A stretch of DNA of 64,000 bases, taken from the sequence record DRR723986_1328; one strand, 5' to 3'. The first letter of the stretch is position 1; every line of letters begins with the position of its first letter. Shown here one piece after another: positions 1-8,642 of the stretch. The notes beneath the pieces are model-generated. The model searched no databases. It saw nothing but the letters and a program-made list of their open reading frames with translations, and was not told where the DNA came from. Made by a program: the position numbers and the translations under genes.

Positions 1-529
1 CGACGAACCGACCAACCACCTCGACATCGACAGCCGGGAAGCGCTCGTGATGGCGCTGAACGACTTTCAGGGAGCCGTCGTACTGATCAGCCACGACAGG
101 CATCTCGTCGAGGCTTGCGCCGACCGGCTATGGCTGGTGGCGGACGGCAAGGTGGAACCCTATGACGGCGACATGGAAGACTATCGCCGACTGATCCTGC
201 AAGGTCCCGAGGCGGTTCAGAAAGCCCGTGACAAGGCCGCCGCGGAAGCTGACAAGGCAAATGCGCAAGAAAAACGCCGCGATGCTGCCGTCAAACGCGA
301 ACTTCTGAAACCGTTGAAACAGAAGATCGATGCCGCTGAAAAGGAAATGAAGCGCCTGCAGGAAAAGATCATCAAGCTGGACGAAGCCCTTGCCGATCCG
401 GAATTCTTCACGAGGGAACCGGAACGGGCTGCGAAATTCGCCAAGGAACGGGCCTTCTGCGAGAAGAAGCTGATCAATACCGAAGAGGAATGGCTGGAGC
501 TTTCCGCCGAATTCGAGGAGGCAAGCTAA
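1..529 (+). CDS. ABC-F family ATP-binding protein, C-terminal part (5' truncated by window)
   Basis: Frame from position 2 reads DEPTNHLDI...VVLISHDRHL (Walker B/D-loop and H-switch of ABC-F), then a coiled-coil C-terminal domain. Confidence 0.9.
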   Translation, partial: DEPTNHLDIDSREALVMALNDFQGAVVLISHDRHLVEACADRLWLVADGKVEPYDGDMEDYRRLILQGPEAVQKARDKAAAEADKANAQEKRRDAAVKRELLKPLKQKIDAAEKEMKRLQEKIIKLDEALADPEFFTREPERAAKFAKERAFCEKKLINTEEEWLELSAEFEEAS

Positions 530-613
530 ACGAAATTGATTTTACTTAAGGTTGAAAATTGGAGTATGTTTCAAGAATGCTAATTTTATTTTTGCCTAAA
601 CATCCAAATATAT

Positions 614-1249
614 ATGGAAAATTCAACAAAAAACGCAAGTGACTACGTACTTGAAACCGCTATTGCATTAGCACCAATAGCACTTGGATATTTTTCAGGT
701 ATTTCCTACCTCGATTCGCTACTCTCCAACTTTGGCCTTTCCATCTATGAATTTGACGTTAGCATTGCGAACATAGCAGCACATTCATTTAACGTTATCA
801 CAAACTATTTTTTTATTATTCCGTTACTCTGCATTTTCTTTTTCATTCTTTTAATATCAATACTTCTCTCATTAAATGGTAAAAACCACATAATTCCAAG
901 CAGAACCGTCACGACAACTTCTTCATTTCTAATACTTTTATTATTAACTTTCGCCATTCGAGAAGCCGCAGAAGACGCTGCCTCTAAAAAAACTGAAAAA
1001 CTTTGGAACGGCGACACAACCAAAAGTTTTTTGTTAAAAGAATTCTCTGTTGATCTATTCAATTTAGGAAAGAGACAAAAATTAAGGCTGCAAGCCTGCA
1101 TTCAACAAAGAAATATTATAAGTTTATTTTCAACCAAAGAACGCGTGTATTCGGCCTGCATTAATGGCAATGAAGGATTTGTATTTACACTGAACACAGT
1201 AAATAAAAAATATGTAAACGCCCAATATATTATCAAAAATAACGAATAA
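614..1249 (+). CDS. Hypothetical membrane protein (about 3 TM helices plus soluble C-terminal region)
   Basis: 211-aa ORF in AT-rich DNA where long ORFs are unlikely by chance; hydrophobic stretches IALAPIALGYFSGI, YFFIIPLLCIFFFILLISILL, FLILLLLTFAI. Confidence 0.75.
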   Translation: MENSTKNASDYVLETAIALAPIALGYFSGISYLDSLLSNFGLSIYEFDVSIANIAAHSFNVITNYFFIIPLLCIFFFILLISILLSLNGKNHIIPSRTVTTTSSFLILLLLTFAIREAAEDAASKKTEKLWNGDTTKSFLLKEFSVDLFNLGKRQKLRLQACIQQRNIISLFSTKERVYSACINGNEGFVFTLNTVNKKYVNAQYIIKNNE

Positions 1250-1260
1250 AGGAGTGAACC

Positions 1261-2022
1261 ATGAAAATCGCAAAGATTGCCAAAATCGTATCACTTCTTG
1301 TTTTGTTAAATACGGAAGCGAACTCTCAAGAAAAACTGTCTTCGCCCCAAAACGAAAAGGCCACTGAATTCTATTGGAATAGCGATAGTGCAGCCGATGC
1401 GATTGAGAGCATTCTGAAAAATGATGTTATAGCGCCTACAAATAATAATACCCCACCATCCATGGCTGTTGTTTGGAGCGGATCCGCCAAGAATTATGGT
1501 TTTTTAAAGGATGGGGATAATCCACTTGGTACCTATAGAATTATTCCAAATAGTGCTGAAGTGCTTTTTACCTATTGCTCCGACAATCAAAGAGAAAAAA
1601 TTTCGAAGGACAGGGTTGAAGACACTCAGGAAACCTGCAAATCAATCCCTGGAGAGCCTCCAAGGTCTATCACTGTTTCTTACTCCACAAAATGGAAATT
1701 TGAACAAGCCAATTCTGCCTTCTATGTCATCGATGAAGAAGATCCGATGGCAGAACCTTTCTACGTCCTCTGCTCTGAAACACCGTGGTCGTTGCTGGAG
1801 GCCGCTCGTCTGGCTGGTTCTGGAAAAACCGCTTTGATTGGCAACAAGGATGCGGTCGCCGAATTGTTGATGGCAGAAAATCTTAAGCCAATAGAATTTG
1901 AAAATATGAAAACATCTGTTCCAAGTTTTGAAAGCTGCGAAACTGCTGGGGAATTTGTTTTAGATATCGAACCATATGCGCCAAATCAGCCAACCTCAAT
2001 TATTATTGACGTAAAAAAGTGA
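1261..2022 (+). CDS. Hypothetical exported protein
   Basis: 253 aa; strong RBS AAGGAG; N-terminus MKIAKIAKIVSLLVLLNTEANS resembles a signal peptide; 4 Cys. Confidence 0.8.
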   Translation: MKIAKIAKIVSLLVLLNTEANSQEKLSSPQNEKATEFYWNSDSAADAIESILKNDVIAPTNNNTPPSMAVVWSGSAKNYGFLKDGDNPLGTYRIIPNSAEVLFTYCSDNQREKISKDRVEDTQETCKSIPGEPPRSITVSYSTKWKFEQANSAFYVIDEEDPMAEPFYVLCSETPWSLLEAARLAGSGKTALIGNKDAVAELLMAENLKPIEFENMKTSVPSFESCETAGEFVLDIEPYAPNQPTSIIIDVKK

Positions 2023-2143
2023 GGTTCATGATTTTCTCAATGAAAAAATTCTACCGGGTAAGCATTTAAATAACTGATATAAAATAGGCCTGTCTCTTAG
2101 GCGCATTTTCAACAACCTCACCGGTTGGACGGAACTCTATCAA

Positions 2144-2842
2144 ATGGCCAAGATCACGACACTCGGCTTCGATGCAGACGATACGCTCTGGCACAACGAA
2201 CGGGTGTTCAGGCTGACGGAAGAACGGTTCGCCTCATTGCTCGGCGACTACACCGACAAGGATCACCTGGCCGAGCGGCTGCTGGCCGCGGAAAAACGCA
2301 ATGTCCTGCATTACGGCTACGGCGTTAAGGGCTTTACCCTTTCCATGATCGAGACGGCGATCGAGGTCACCGACAGGCAGGTGCCTGCCGATGTCATTGC
2401 CGAAATCCTGGAAGCCGGGCGAGAGATGATGTCCCATCCCGTCGAGCCTCTCCCTTACGTCGAAGAAACGCTGAAAAAGGTGAAGGCGTCTTTCAAGCTG
2501 GTCCTGATCACCAAGGGGGACCTGTTCGACCAGGAACGCAAGGTGACAGCCTCCGGCCTCGATGTCTATTTCGACGCAATCGAGATTGTCTCTGAAAAGA
2601 CCGACGAGACATACCGCTCACTGTTTTCGCGTCACGGCAGTGGCCCGGGTGAAGCGCTTATGATCGGCAATTCGCTGAAATCGGACATCCTGCCTGCGCT
2701 GGACGCAGGAGCATACGGTGCTCACGTGCCCTATGACTTGACCTGGGCACTGGAAGAGGCGGACGAGCCACGTGGCCATGACCGGTTTTACCGATTGGAC
2801 CACATCGGCAAGGTGCCGCAACTGCTCGCTCGTCTGAGTTGA
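2144..2842 (+). CDS. HAD-superfamily hydrolase
   Basis: Motif I FDADDTLW, LITKGD, motif IV MIGNSLKSDI. Confidence 0.9.
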   Translation: MAKITTLGFDADDTLWHNERVFRLTEERFASLLGDYTDKDHLAERLLAAEKRNVLHYGYGVKGFTLSMIETAIEVTDRQVPADVIAEILEAGREMMSHPVEPLPYVEETLKKVKASFKLVLITKGDLFDQERKVTASGLDVYFDAIEIVSEKTDETYRSLFSRHGSGPGEALMIGNSLKSDILPALDAGAYGAHVPYDLTWALEEADEPRGHDRFYRLDHIGKVPQLLARLS

Positions 2843-3004
2843 ATTGCGGTATTTCGACCGAAAAATTCCTGTCGGAAGTGAAACCAATTAAAGTCCGACG
2901 GGTTGTCGTAAGTGAACATTCAGACACTGCGGGCACGTTTGCGGAGTTACCGCGGGCGTTTTCGCAAAGCTCGATTTTTCGCACGCTTCAGACCAGGATA
3001 CGTA

Positions 3005-4243
3005 ATGTCTCTCTCCAGAACCGTCACCCTATTCCTTGGCGCAACAGCGCTCGTCGTTGCCCCTTCCCTGTCGCCGGATGTGCCTTCGCTTTCCTTCCAT
3101 GTGGACAAGGCGTTCGCCAAGAATGGCAACGGAAACGGCAATGGTGGTGGCGGCGGCAGAAATTCCGGCGGCAATGGTGGCGGCAACAAGGGAAATTCCG
3201 GCAACAAGGGCAATAGCGGCAACTCCAACCGCGGTGGGAACTCCGCTTCCAACGGCAACGGCAACAAGGGCCTTGGGATTTTCAACCGCGGCAGTGGTTC
3301 CAAGCAGGCCAAGTCGAACAACGGCAACGGAAATGGAAAAGGCCTCGGTGGCTTTCTGAATTCCGTATTCGGAACCGAAAATTCAAAGAGCTCCGGCAAG
3401 CGTCAGACCGCCTCCAGAGGCAATAGCGGCACCGCGAGCCATCGGCTTCCAAAGGCTGAACGCGCGACACTGGCAAGCATTGCCGTGACCCCACAGGCAA
3501 GCCCTGCAGGCAAACCGAAGAACTTCAATGCAAAGCTTGGCCGGTTGAATTCCCTCAATCGCAATTACCACGCCTATATCAATTCCAACGACCCGCATCT
3601 GGCAGCCATTCAGGCCTACATAAATGACAGCCTTGCCTACGAGCGGCTTTCCGCAGATCTGCAAGGCCTCGAACAGGACCTCCTGACCGCACGTACGCTG
3701 TTCGACGGGTTGCTTCAGGACGTGGACAGCTATGACGGCTTCGCCTACGAAGGCCTGACCTCGCAACAGCTCGAAGACCGGCTTGCCGAACTTGAAAGCC
3801 TGGATACGGCTGAATTGTCAGATGACGAGCTGACCGCTCTCGAAACTGAAAGACTGGCGCTTGAAACTGCTCTTCAGAGCGACGCCTATTCGGATTTCAA
3901 AACGGCTGAAACCAACTACGAAACGGAAAAGACCGGCCTGGATGGGCTCGCCGCTGATGTTTCTGACGAAGCGTTGGAAGAAGCACTTCTGGCGATGGCA
4001 AACGAGAACCGCGTCCGGGAATATGGCGACGACTACGTCGACGAGGAAATGCTCGACTGGGCCAAGCAGGTTCTCGGGGTTGGCGATTACGACGGCAAGA
4101 TCGATGAAATCCGCGAAGCAACCGAGACCCCGGACGACGGCACGGACCCGATTGATCCCGATGAAACAGCCGTCAACGACGATGGTACGGACGGTTCGGA
4201 CGCCGATCCGGATGAACTGCGCCTGATCTCGACGTCCAACTAG
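3005..4243 (+). CDS. Hypothetical exported protein with Gly/Asn-rich low-complexity region and acidic helical C-terminus
   Basis: ATG 3005 with AGGA upstream; hydrophobic leader ending AFA; GNG/GNKGNS repeats; host-like codon usage. Confidence 0.75.
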   Translation: MSLSRTVTLFLGATALVVAPSLSPDVPSLSFHVDKAFAKNGNGNGNGGGGGRNSGGNGGGNKGNSGNKGNSGNSNRGGNSASNGNGNKGLGIFNRGSGSKQAKSNNGNGNGKGLGGFLNSVFGTENSKSSGKRQTASRGNSGTASHRLPKAERATLASIAVTPQASPAGKPKNFNAKLGRLNSLNRNYHAYINSNDPHLAAIQAYINDSLAYERLSADLQGLEQDLLTARTLFDGLLQDVDSYDGFAYEGLTSQQLEDRLAELESLDTAELSDDELTALETERLALETALQSDAYSDFKTAETNYETEKTGLDGLAADVSDEALEEALLAMANENRVREYGDDYVDEEMLDWAKQVLGVGDYDGKIDEIREATETPDDGTDPIDPDETAVNDDGTDGSDADPDELRLISTSN

Positions 4244-4268
4244 CACCAATCCGGCGGGGCGGTCTGTT

Positions 4269-4661
4269 TCAGTCCTTTTGCTCGACAGGACCGCCCTTCT
4301 CGACCCAGTCTGCGAACCCATCAGTCAGATGGGCAGCTTCAAAGCCCATATCCTGAAGCGTCGCGACAGTGAGTGCAGAGCGCCACCCTGCGGCGCAATG
4401 GAAGATGAAGCGTTTTTCCTGCGAGAAGACCTCCTTGTGATAGGGGCTCTCCGGATCCACCCAGAACTCGATCATGCCGCGTGGGCAATGAATGCTGCCC
4501 GGAATGAACCCGAGCTTCTGACGTTCACGCACGTCTCGCAGGTCTACGAACACCACATCCGGGTCTCCTACCAAGGCGATGGCAGCGTCGGTGTCGACTT
4601 CCTCAATCCGCGCCTTGGCTTTGGCGACCATGTCGGCCGATGAGATCTTCAGCTTCTTCAT
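4269..4661 (-). CDS. Rhodanese-like domain protein
   Basis: VDLRDVRE, IPGSIHCPRGMIEFW, active-site FHCAAGWRS; GGAGG RBS before ATG 4661. Confidence 0.9.
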   Translation of the reverse strand: MKKLKISSADMVAKAKARIEEVDTDAAIALVGDPDVVFVDLRDVRERQKLGFIPGSIHCPRGMIEFWVDPESPYHKEVFSQEKRFIFHCAAGWRSALTVATLQDMGFEAAHLTDGFADWVEKGGPVEQKD

Positions 4662-4748
4662 AAGGCTTTCCTCCAATATCGGCATCGCGCACCGGTGCGC
4701 GTCTCACTTTTTAAAAGATTGCTCGCCTGTAGCAGTGTCTGTGACGGC

Positions 4749-5201
4749 CTAGGCCTTGCGTTCCCAACCGCCGGCTTCGGTCTGTTGCCAGTAAGCGATT
4801 TCAAACCCTTCCGCCTTGGCTTCCTTCCAGCGATTGCGCGCTTCCTGAACAGCCTCGGTATCGTTGCCATCAAACATGTAGATCGCCCGCTTGTAGGCGC
4901 TCAGCGGTGGCGGCGCTGCCCTGTCCACCAGGAAGCGCACGTCGGCTTCGTTCGGATTATCCTGTTCGGACGTGAGATATATCGGCTGATGTTCGGCGTA
5001 ACCGTCTGCCTTGGTGCCATGTGGCAGAAAACCGTCGTCGGTAAAGGTCCACAAATGGGCATCAAGGGCGCTGCATCGCTCCTCGGTTCCCGTTTGCACG
5101 ACAACTTTCCAATCCCGCTCCAGGCACTTTTGCAAAAGCTGTGGCAAAGCCATCTCCAGCGGCTTGTGCAAAAGGTGATAGAATACAACTTCAACGCTCA
5201 T
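4749..5201 (-). CDS. holC: DNA polymerase III subunit chi
   Basis: VVFYHL, LDAHLWT...FLPHG, ARNRWK, YWQQ...GGW; adjacent to pepA. Confidence 0.93.
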   Translation of the reverse strand: MSVEVVFYHLLHKPLEMALPQLLQKCLERDWKVVVQTGTEERCSALDAHLWTFTDDGFLPHGTKADGYAEHQPIYLTSEQDNPNEADVRFLVDRAAPPPLSAYKRAIYMFDGNDTEAVQEARNRWKEAKAEGFEIAYWQQTEAGGWERKA

Positions 5202-5480
5202 GCCGGACCCTGTCTAGACACATCCTTGTACCTTCGCTTTCCGTTTTCCACCGCCATGCCGGAATGTGGTGCAGGCCTGCAACACTTGCCTGTTCAAATT
5301 CCCCCGACGGCAAACATGACATGGACAGGCCATAAGACTCGTATCATTAACCCTTCGAAAATGTCGATTGGCTAGGGTTCGTCCCCGGGGACGATCCAAT
5401 GATCATTTGATTTGGCCATGGATCAAAAAATTTGGCTGGTGAGCGGTTTTCCCGAGCCGGCGCAAAAGGGGATTTGGTGA

Positions 5481-5597
5481 ATGCTTGCGCGTGTCGTTGT
5501 GTTTTTCGCATTGGTTGCTGTCGTTGCAGGCGCGACACTTGGCATGGGTCTTCTGGTTGAACCGGCAACGGCCTGCCAGACCTACAAGACCTGCTGA
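5481..5597 (+). CDS. Small 38-aa peptide: signal-peptide-like leader plus C-terminal CQTYKTC (not in ORF track)
   Basis: Hand translation MLARVVVFFALVAVVAGATLGMGLLVEPATACQTYKTC*; purine-rich AAAAGGGGA upstream; terminator 22 nt downstream. Confidence 0.6.
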   Translation: MLARVVVFFALVAVVAGATLGMGLLVEPATACQTYKTC

Positions 5598-5619
5598 TCC
5601 AGGGTCGACAGTCAGATAC

Positions 5620-5649
5620 GAAAAACCCGCCTTTCCGGCGGGTTTTTCT
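5620..5649. terminator. Bidirectional rho-independent terminator
   Basis: GAAAAACCCGCC-tttcc-GGCGGGTTTTTC between the convergent small ORF and pepA. Confidence 0.85.
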
Positions 5650-5717
5650 TTGCCCAGCGGCATTCCAGTCCTGGCGCCCTCCACCAGTAGAAAATGCGAA
5701 GGGCGCCAAGATGGACC

Positions 5718-7217
5718 TCAGCCTTCGTAGTGATCCGCGACAAGCTGGTTGAGCAGTCGCACGCCATAGCCCGAAGCCCAGCTCTGGCAGATATCGTCCT
5801 TCGGAGCGCCGAATGCGGTTCCGGCGATATCCAGATGCGCCCAGGGCACGTCGTTCGTGAAACGCTGCAGGAACTGGGCTGCGGTGATGGACCCGGCCCA
5901 CCGGCCACCGGTGTTCTTGACGTCTGCGTTGGGCGTGTCGATGATCTTGTCGTATTCCTTCGACAGCGGCAGGCGCCAAAGCGGCTCACCGCTCGACTTG
6001 GCAGATGACAACAGCTTGTCTGCCAGAGCGTCGTTGTTTGAAAAGAGACCGGCATTCAAATTGCCGAGAGCGACAAGCACGGCACCGGTGAGCGTTGCCA
6101 GATCGATCATGATCGCCGGTTTGTACTTTTCCTGCGTGTACCAAAGTGCGTCGGCAAGAACCAAACGGCCTTCCGCATCGGTATTCAGGATCTCGATCGT
6201 GGTTCCGGACATGGCCGTGACGATGTCACCTGGTCGTTGCGCGTTACCGTCCGGCATGTTTTCGACGAGGCCGATGACACCGATCACGTTTGCCTTGGCC
6301 TTGCGCCCCGCGATCGCATGCATGGCGCCGATGACTGCGGCAGCTCCGCCCATGTCGCCTTTCATATCTTCCATGCCCGCGGCCGGCTTGATGGAGATGC
6401 CGCCAGTGTCGAACACCACGCCCTTACCAACGAACGCAACCGGGGCGTCACCCTTTTTGCCTCCGTTCCAGCGCATCACGGCCAGCTGCGGTGGGCGGGT
6501 CGAGCCTTGGGACACGCCAAGCAAAGCAGCCATCTTAAGCTTCTTCATTTCCTTTTCGCCGAGAACCTCGACTTCGACACCAAGGGCCGTCAGTTCCTTG
6601 GCCTTCTCGGCAAACTCCACCGGACCCAGCACATTCGCCGGTTCGTTCACAAGGTCGCGGGCCAGAATTACGCCGTCGGCAATAGCTTCAGCAGAAGACC
6701 AGGCCTTCTTTGATGCCTTGGGATCGGCAACGGCCAAGGTCACCTTCATGTTCTTGGGTTTGTCATCGTCTTTCTTGGCAGTCTTGTAGGTGTCGAAGGC
6801 ATAGGCCCGCAGCTTCACGCCCATTGCAAACTCTGCTGCCAATACACCGGACGGATCTGCATCGCCCGGGACATCCAGAAGCACCGTTGCTGCGTCTGCC
6901 TTGGTCTTCTGCAATTCTGCAAACACCGCGCCGCCGAAAGCCCGCCAATCGTCGCCAGTCAGCTCGCCGGCATCGCCAACGCCGAATACGATCAGCCGGT
7001 CGAGACCCGATCCGGCAGGAGCGACCAGATCAAGACTTGCCTTCTTCTTCCCGGTGAAACCTGCGATACCGGCCGAACGTTGCAAGCCTCCCTCGAGACC
7101 CGAGACAACTTCCGCAGCAACCGGCCCAAGGCTAAGGTCGCTACCGGCCAGGATTACGGCCACCCCACCCTTCGGCGTTTCGGCCTTGGAGAAGTTCAGT
7201 TTTGCAAGCTTGGTCAT
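5718..7217 (-). CDS. pepA: Leucyl aminopeptidase (M17)
   Basis: [48 protein letters not shown]. Confidence 0.96.
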   Translation of the reverse strand: MTKLAKLNFSKAETPKGGVAVILAGSDLSLGPVAAEVVSGLEGGLQRSAGIAGFTGKKKASLDLVAPAGSGLDRLIVFGVGDAGELTGDDWRAFGGAVFAELQKTKADAATVLLDVPGDADPSGVLAAEFAMGVKLRAYAFDTYKTAKKDDDKPKNMKVTLAVADPKASKKAWSSAEAIADGVILARDLVNEPANVLGPVEFAEKAKELTALGVEVEVLGEKEMKKLKMAALLGVSQGSTRPPQLAVMRWNGGKKGDAPVAFVGKGVVFDTGGISIKPAAGMEDMKGDMGGAAAVIGAMHAIAGRKAKANVIGVIGLVENMPDGNAQRPGDIVTAMSGTTIEILNTDAEGRLVLADALWYTQEKYKPAIMIDLATLTGAVLVALGNLNAGLFSNNDALADKLLSSAKSSGEPLWRLPLSKEYDKIIDTPNADVKNTGGRWAGSITAAQFLQRFTNDVPWAHLDIAGTAFGAPKDDICQSWASGYGVRLLNQLVADHYEG

Positions 7218-7454
7218 GCTTCGGTCCCGTTGGTTTTTCTGGTTGGAGCGGTTGGGCAGTGGAAAGAAAAGGCGCCCTATCCCGTAGATTGTGATTTTCC
7301 TGTCAAATCATGGGGTTTCAACAGCTTTTCGGCAAGGGCGACAAAAATTAATGTATATTTACCATTCTTATTCATGAGCCATTCACCACATTCCGTGTTA
7401 TTCGGTCTCAGGCCGATTATCGTCATTTTTGCAGGGACATGTACCGGCACCGTT

Positions 7455-8642
7455 ATGAAAACGCTTGAACGTTACATCATCCGCCGGACTGTTTACGCTT
7501 TCACCCTCACGATTGCAGCGATGACGGGTGTGGTTTGGGCAACCCAGGCCTTGCGCCAACTGGACCTGGTGACCTCAAAGGGTCAGACCATTGTCCAGTT
7601 CATTGGCATAACCATGCTTGCCCTGCCCTTCCTGATCGTCATCGTGGCTCCGTTCGCCCTGATGATCGCGCTGATACTGGTTCTAAACTCCTTGTCGGGC
7701 GACAGTGAGCTGATCGTGATCGATGCCAGTGGCGGCTCCAGGTTCCTTGTCTTGAAACCGGTCATGCTCTTTGCCTTCGTGGTCATGTTGCTGACCGCGA
7801 GCATGTCACTTTATGTGGCTCCGACAGGACTGGCTCAGCTACGCACCGAGATTACCCGCGTGCGCGCAGACCTTGTTGCCAACATCGTCAAGCCGGGCCG
7901 CTTCATCACCGTCGAGGACGGATTGACGTTCCATATCCGCAACCGTTCAGGCAAAGGCACTCTTGACGGTCTTTTGATGCACGACACCCGCGATCCGGAG
8001 ACGGCCTTTACCTATCAGGCAGACACCGGGCTGATCGTCGAAGCTGCCGATCGCACGCTTCTTGTCATGCAGAACGGAACAATTCAGAGACGCCCAAAGC
8101 AGCAGGGCGATATTTCGATCGTTCGCTTCCAGTCCTATGCATTCGATTTGTCGAACCTTATTCCTGAAGCTGGCGAGCCAGTGTTCAAAGCCAGTGAGCG
8201 GACCACCCTTAACCTGATGTCACCAGGCAGGAACGACGAATATGCGCTGAAGAATCCGGACAAGTTGGCGCAGGAGCTCCACGAACGCTTCAGCCAGCCG
8301 CTTTACTGTCTTTCCTTCGGCCTGATCGTGTTCGCGTTTCTCGGCAAGGCCAGAACGACACGCCAGGGGCGCGGGTTCGCCGTGCTCGGGGCAATCTGTT
8401 CCTGTGTCCTGTTGAGGACCACGGGCTTCGGCGTAACCGCTATTTCCGGTGGTTCCACCGCGCTTCTCAGCCTGCTTTACATTGTTCCCGTTGCGGGCGC
8501 GGTGTTCGCCCTCGTCTCCATCTTCCGCGAACAAGGCGGGTCGCAGCCACGCTGGCTGGTCGATCTGCAACATTCTGTTCAGGACAGGATTGATGCACTG
8601 AGTGATCGCTTGAACGGTCGCAAGCCGGGAGGCGTCGCATGA
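7455..8642 (+). CDS. lptF: LPS export ABC transporter permease LptF
   Basis: MKTLERYIIRR start; DSELIVIDASG; 3 TM, periplasmic domain, 3 TM; precedes lptG-lptD. Confidence 0.88.
   Translation: MKTLERYIIRRTVYAFTLTIAAMTGVVWATQALRQLDLVTSKGQTIVQFIGITMLALPFLIVIVAPFALMIALILVLNSLSGDSELIVIDASGGSRFLVLKPVMLFAFVVMLLTASMSLYVAPTGLAQLRTEITRVRADLVANIVKPGRFITVEDGLTFHIRNRSGKGTLDGLLMHDTRDPETAFTYQADTGLIVEAADRTLLVMQNGTIQRRPKQQGDISIVRFQSYAFDLSNLIPEAGEPVFKASERTTLNLMSPGRNDEYALKNPDKLAQELHERFSQPLYCLSFGLIVFAFLGKARTTRQGRGFAVLGAICSCVLLRTTGFGVTAISGGSTALLSLLYIVPVAGAVFALVSIFREQGGSQPRWLVDLQHSVQDRIDALSDRLNGRKPGGVA

Larger units (their letters stand above)
530..2113. other. AT-rich islet, probably horizontally acquired
   Basis: Hand count: line 841-900 has 15/60 G+C versus 37/60 for line 61-120; abrupt shift after the ABC-F stop and return at about 2110; no integrase or transposase. 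Confidence 0.75.

Noticed and set aside
3116-3365. GGCAAC-type repeats considered as a CRISPR or VNTR array
   Set aside because: They are in-frame codon repeats for Gly/Asn; no constant repeat with unique spacers and no cas genes
5403-5730. ORF-track candidates 5403..5684 (-) and 5485..5730 (+)
   Set aside because: Both run through the terminator hairpin and lack an RBS or protein-like features; 5481..5597 explains the region better
7348-7362. TTAA-N7-TTAC near-CtrA box between pepA and lptF
   Set aside because: One mismatch within an AT-rich promoter region; could be chance
7080-7454. Long N-terminal extensions in the ORF track (lptF from 7080; likewise fabD, znuB, manC, padR, LysM)
   Set aside because: Extensions overlap neighbouring genes or promoters; downstream starts match family N-termini and most have an RBS
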